Assembly (NCBI RefSeq): GCF_009914755.1
Contig: NC_060930.1
Source of the DNA: the human T2T-CHM13v2.0 reference genome, Homo sapiens
Strand: one strand, 5' to 3'
Length of the DNA: 64,000 bases
A program made the translations under genes and the position numbers. Every line of letters starts with the position of its first letter. The first letter of the stretch is position 1. The notes beneath the pieces were generated by a model. That model was given only the letters and a program-made list of their open reading frames with translations. It did not search any database and had not been told where the DNA came from. Below, piece after piece: positions 54,331 through 64,000 of the stretch.

Positions 54331-56620
54331 GAGAGAAGCAGTTGTAGTACGTTATGGCACACATCTGGAACTTTTGCAGTCAAATTTGACAGTCCAAACA
54401 TATCTCCCAGATAAAAGACCACACTTGCTTTAAATGTATGCTGAGAACTACAGAGTTAATGCAGCAGTTTTTAACCTCTGGAGACTTAGAATCAACTCAA
54501 AGTTTGGTCACTTCAATTTGCTCACCACAAACCGTTGCCCTCAAAACTCTGGATTTGCTGTAACATTTCAAACTCTGAGAAGCGGAGGGTTCAATAAAAC
54601 CACATTGCGCCTGGCATGTATTTCTTCTTTAGGACTGAGGAAACTTGATCTGCTTCTTACTAATTCATTTAAATTTCATTCAAACTGGGATTTTGAAAAA
54701 CGTTTCGATTGCCCAGAGAAGCTTAAGAGCTTACTTTTAAAGCCTTTTTTCCCCTCCTTACAAAAAGGAAACAATAGTTTTCCAACCAACCCTGAACCCC
54801 GGATGTCAGAGATTCAACCCATTCGTTGGGATGGAGTTTATGGTAGGCAAAAAAAAAAAAAAAAAAAAATTGACTAAAACCAGCAGATTTTGCCAAAAAT
54901 CCGTGTGTTGCATGGTTAAGGAGACAAGCATTTGCTCCTCTTGAACACCTACAAGCGATGCAGCAGGGGTGCAGACAGTCAGCTAGGAAGGAGCTCATTC
55001 TATTCCATGACTCAAATCAGCCATGTTGGTTTTCCCTTCACTGTCAAGAACATAAAGGAAAAATGGCAATTGAAAAAAAAAATAAGCATGTTAAAAAGGA
55101 GAGTGAGAGAAACAATTTCACTCTGCCTTAAAGAAGACTTTCCTATTCCTCCCCCTGCTCCTCCCACTTGGTGGCAATGTTGAAACAAAGCTCTTCTTCT
55201 AGTGACAGCCATCAAGAAGTCGTGAGTATTTTTTGTACACAGAAGAGCTAATGACATAAGGCTTTAATACATTCTATTCAAGACCTGAGTTTGGAGAACT
55301 TAAAATAACTTTTGAGTTCCTTTAAGCTCAAACAGATTTTCCAACTTCAAATTAAATTTTAAGATGATGGTTTGCTTTATTTTGGTTTAGGTTTTTTCTC
55401 CCTTTCTTACTTTTTTCCTCTTTTTGGTGGTTTTATTATTGTTGTAGATGTTTTGTTGTATGTGTTTTTGTTTTCTAATAGTTACAACTCATCTTCTTTT
55501 CTATTAAAAACTAAGCCTAGCAAATGCCCTAAATGTTAAGAAATTTGTTTTTATCTTAAATTGCTCAGAATTTCAAAGTCATTTATAATGACTTTGTCTT
55601 AAAAATATGTCCACCCATGTGAGGAAATCTCCACACTTGATGATGTTAAGGGCCAAATAATATATTTGGTTGTCATCAGTTTCTACCCATCATTTTCTGA
55701 CCACTGAGAATAGACACAGTAAGAAATAAACAAATATGGCCTCTTATGACCACTGGTGATTTCTGAAAGACTGGGGGAGTCATAGTATTTTATTTTAAAA
55801 GGTTTTCTGGCAGCTATTTTATGAATAAATGAAACTTTAATGTCTAGAGATGCTAAACTGTGAAAGGGATGATTTGAATACTGAAGTCATTACAACCAAG
55901 TCTAAGTTATTAAATTTGCTAAAAGCACGTGAAAGTGAATCGAAGTGTTTAATACATTGAAGGGAGCACTGGTCTCATCCAGAGAATGACATCCTTAGCA
56001 CCTCGTCAAAGTCCGTACTGTAAGTTCTGGAAATGACTCAATATTGTTTTCTACACACAACCTCTTTAAATTTTTTTAATTTCTTAAAGTAGTCTATATA
56101 AAAATTATTTTTACAGGGCAACTGCATCTTAGGCTAGGTTACTTCAATCTTAAAATCCTCATGTATGCTTTCAAGAAAACTGTCATCCTAGACAACACTA
56201 ACCTTTTAATTTTACAGGGATCCTGAACCCTGAACTAGTAGAATGTGTGAAAGAGTGAAAGAGCTGTGCTGTAAATCTGCTACTTCTGCTTCAGGACACT
56301 GTCAAACTAATTAACAGTTTCTCCTGTTTTTTAAAGCTGCATATTGAAAACTAGAATTTCACCCTGCTTTCTCCAGAGTTCCGCATTCTTGAACTTAGAT
56401 GAGAGCACACACATCAGGAAAGTAATTTAATTCCATCAACATGTATTTCACACCTACAACCTGCAGGACTTTGTGGAAATTCAAAGAAAATTTAACAGAA
56501 ATCTGGTCTCCAAAACCTTACAGCATAATAAGAAAGTCAGATATGTGAATAAGAGTGAACTTTGCAACCACACGAGGCACAACTGAGTGTTACAGCAAAA
56601 GTCAAAACAAGCAAAGGACA

Positions 56621-56881
56621 AAGAGGGTGACTAGGGTCAATAATAATTGTACATTGAAAAAATAACTAAAAGAGTATAACTGGATTCTTTGTAACAGAAA
56701 GGATGAATGGTTGAAGGTATGGATACCCCATTTTCCATGATGTCATATTACACATTGCATGCCCGTTATCAAAACACCTCATGTACCCCATAAATATGTA
56801 TATACCTACTATGTACCCACAAAAATTAAAAATAAAACAATTATAAGAAGTGAAAATAAAATAAATAATGAAAAAAAAAAA
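56621..56881 (+). mobile_element. L1MA2-like 3' end
   Basis: catgtaccccataaatatgtatatacctactatgtacccacaaaaattaaa; TSD AAGCAAAGGACA (56609-56620 / 56882-56893). Confidence 0.9.
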
Positions 56882-57219
56882 AAGCAAAGGACAGTGGCAG
56901 TGGCAAGAGGGCCTGGACCCTGGAACTCCATTTTGAGGTTGACTCAGAAAATGATTACAATGTGTATGTATAAGTTTTAGCATCTCCACTTAACAAATTG
57001 GCTTATTGTTCAAAAAGAGCATTTAACAGTGATATTTCTGTAAATGAAGAGAATTTATTCCAATTTAATCAACAAATTTTTTACTGTTTCCATTACATGT
57101 AAGATTATTATACACTAGATACCAGGGGTCAGAAAGGCTGATTAAATGGTTTCTGACTTTGGGGTGTAATAGTTGTTCACCAATAACTGTAGTACAAGAC
57201 ATATGAAAAATCCTGTAAC

Positions 57220-57390
57220 AGTTGGGTGTAGTGGTACATATGTATAATCCCAGCTACCCTGGAGGCTGAGGCAGGAGGACTGTTTTTAGGGCAGGAGTTT
57301 GAGGTTGTAGTACACTATGATTGCACACCTGTGAACAGCCACCACACTCCAGCCTGGGCAGCATAGCAAGACTGTCACTTAAAAAAAAAA
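57220..57390 (+). mobile_element. FAM (fossil Alu monomer)
   Basis: FAM-diagnostic ...actatgattgcacacctgtgaacagccaccacactccagcctgggcagcatagc; poly(A). Confidence 0.8.
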
Positions 57391-57499
57391 TTCCTATAAA
57401 AGGAAGATAAACAAAGCCTATGAATAGCCACTAACCAAGCAAGAAATTTTATTAGAATTACTAGCTCAATAATTATCAAAGTAGGGCTTAATAACACAT

Positions 57500-57660
57500 T
57501 ATTAAGAGGTTCAGTTGGACTGATGCTCGAAAGTGCTAATATTAGGTTTATGTAGTTGGATCTCCACGGGTGCTTAACAGTCAGCTCTGCTCACTTAAAC
57601 ACAAAGGCTTTCTTTGTTCTCAGTATCACCCTAGCTACTTCTGCACCAGTTAGTCACTAC
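57500..57660 (+). mobile_element. Possible ancient tRNA-derived SINE (MamSINE1-like)
   Basis: gttcagttgg...gtgctaat...gttggatctcc...cagtcagctctgctc, a degenerate A/B-box head. Confidence 0.35.
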
Positions 57661-59075
57661 TCGACTTCTGGAAACAGTTGACATAGACCTATTTCAGGGA
57701 ACCAGATATACAGTTGACAGAAACAGCCTTATAATATGGATATATTTACAGCTTTCTTAAATCTCAGATATTTATTCTAGATTTAAGGTTTCTCCTGGTA
57801 CCAAAATTAATCAGCCCCTATACAGAGACTATTCCATAAAGAAGGTACTCAAAAATGAAAATAATTTTTATTAACATATTTTTGCATTTAAGCCAACCCC
57901 AACTTGTAAAATTTAACAATTACTGTACCAGCAGTGCCAATACAAACTTTGTATTCCTAAAATTAGCACCAAAGTAGTGCAAAAATGTGTTAATATGTAG
58001 ATATCTGTGATATTTACAAAAGAAAAGTGAAAAGAAAATGAATTTCACAGTTCGGGTCAATGCTCACATGGATTAGGCAATGAAACATTCTGGAACACCT
58101 TTTTATAACTATTCCAAATGAGAATTTGGAAACCATAAAACAATAAAATCCAAACAAAGGTGCATTAGGATAACTGTAAATGCCTTTAAGTAATGATTTG
58201 TAAAATTGTATAAGGGTCTTAAATAAACCTAGCATTTTATTACCAGGCACACTGTTAACATTCCCCAGATTTTTACAAGAGGAATTTAGCGAGCTATCTG
58301 TAAGATTTAGCTTAGCTAATCATTTACGTTTCTACCCAGAAATACATATCAATACATTATCAAAGTAAATATGGTAGCTATGCACTGGGAGTCCTTTTGG
58401 AAACAAATATATCAGATCTTTATCAATAATTGATTAACACATTTAAATACTTCAAAAACCAGGACCTTGTACTATTATACAGAGGGTGCTTTATTCAGAT
58501 TGTTATATGAATTTTTTTCCTCCCATCTTCAGCTTCTTATATCTTCGTTTTTCTTTATCTCACAAAACACAAATTGCTCCCTAAATAACACTCGATAAGT
58601 TATTAATGTTAGTTTAAATAAACTTATTTTTTCTTGGATTGTTGCACGTTCTTCCCCTTTAGAAAGCTACCTTGAGGATTTTTTTTCTGGTTAGCTTTAT
58701 GTATGTCCTCAAATAAGAAAGTTAAGTGCTATTGTTTTCGCAAATGGCTATGTAGCATTGGTTCTGAATCATTTGCTTGTTAATTAAAGGATAACCCAGA
58801 TAGAAGTTAAACGGAGTAGTCATGGCCTGCCTTGCTATTTTAGAAAATATTGGCCACCAGTTAACACTGCAACTTGTCAGATATCTACTTGCCCATCTGA
58901 GAGGGCAGGTTTGAAAGTACACAAATAAAGAATACACATCATGATGACCAATTCATTCAAAAACTTTGAACATTTTTAGGGGGAAAGACATTATATGCTA
59001 CATGTTTTAACCTACAAGGCATCATAGAAAATTAACTATGAAAAGATTTGTTGGCTAGCTTTATTTAATTACTGG

Positions 59076-63301
<4,226 letters not shown>

Positions 63302-63349
63302 AATTACTGGGGTTTTTTAAACACCATCTGAGTTTATGTTTCAAAGACT

Positions 63350-63491
63350 GGCCCAATATGGTAGCTCACACTTATAATCCCAGTATTTATGGTAGGCCTA
63401 GGCAGGAGGATCACTTAAGCCCAGGATCATCAGCCCTGGCAACACAGTGATACCCCCATGTCTATTATATTTTTTTTATTTAAAAAAAAAA
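63350..63491 (+). mobile_element. FLAM / Alu left monomer
   Basis: ggtagctcacacttataatcccag...ggaggatcacttaagcccagga...ggcaacacagtga. Confidence 0.8.
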
Positions 63492-63499
63492 TGCAAGAC

Positions 63500-63668
63500 A
63501 GGCTAGAGTCAGGGGAATGAGGCACTAGCCTTACTTAAAATTTAGGGGAATACCAAATAACTTGGTGATCACAGTGTATCATATCTTAATGTAATATTTT
63601 TAAAAATCAAAATTAAAACCAAAAAAAGTCATGAGAAACAATATATCAAAAATTTAAATAAAGATCCA
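63500..63668. mobile_element. Old hAT-Tip100-type MER fragment
   Basis: tgaggcact...aaaatttagggg...aatatttttaaaaatcaaaatt...atcaaaaatttaaataaaga. Confidence 0.4.
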
Positions 63669-64000
63669 AAGAGGTCTGCATTCTGTCATGTTGCTGAACT
63701 AATGTTACTATTATTCATTTGACTCTAGGTGAAGAAAAATAGGTAAGGAATCATGCTGTTTTCTTCTTTGTTGTAAAGATAAAAACAGATCTAAACTTAA
63801 TATCTCCAGCTCATGGCATCATTAGTTTAGTAATATTTTAGTCAAAGTTAGTGAATAGTAACCATTATTTCCTATCATCTACACTTAGGATATGTCACTT
63901 AATTTCAATGTCATTATCTTAACTATGAATCTTCCTAAAGTACTACACTACTTGGAAAACTAAAGGGAAGTTTAAGAAGTAATCCATCATTTCAATTTGC

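Overview
Primate (almost certainly human) genomic DNA, AT-rich and CpG-depleted, consisting mostly of intron. It holds one recognisable coding exon: 84 nt at 28834-28917 (+), encoding (G)DIRLRGQTGVRAERRGSYPFIDFRLLN(S). I recognise this from memory as the N-terminal region of cAMP phosphodiesterase PDE7B (exon 3 of the canonical transcript, chr6q23.3). The rest is flanking PDE7B intron filled with interspersed repeats: two 5'-truncated antisense L1PA copies (the source of nearly all long ORFs), L1PB/L1MA/L1MB 3' ends, Alu Y/S/J/FAM/FLAM, THE1B and MLT1A LTRs, hAT MERs, MIR, L2 and L3 relics. I see no prokaryote-type system, RNA gene or novel protein-coding gene. The best leads are all inferences needing RNA or chromatin data: (i) an antisense THE1B LTR with an intact DUX4 motif and splice donor, upstream of strong antisense splice sites that span the PDE7B exon; (ii) candidate poison/micro-exons on the sense strand; (iii) two small retroposition oddities (a tiny young L1 with a 3' transduction, and a polyadenylated LTR fragment with a TSD); (iv) two transcription-factor motif clusters. 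Repeat subfamily names are by eye, and old-repeat boundaries are approximate.
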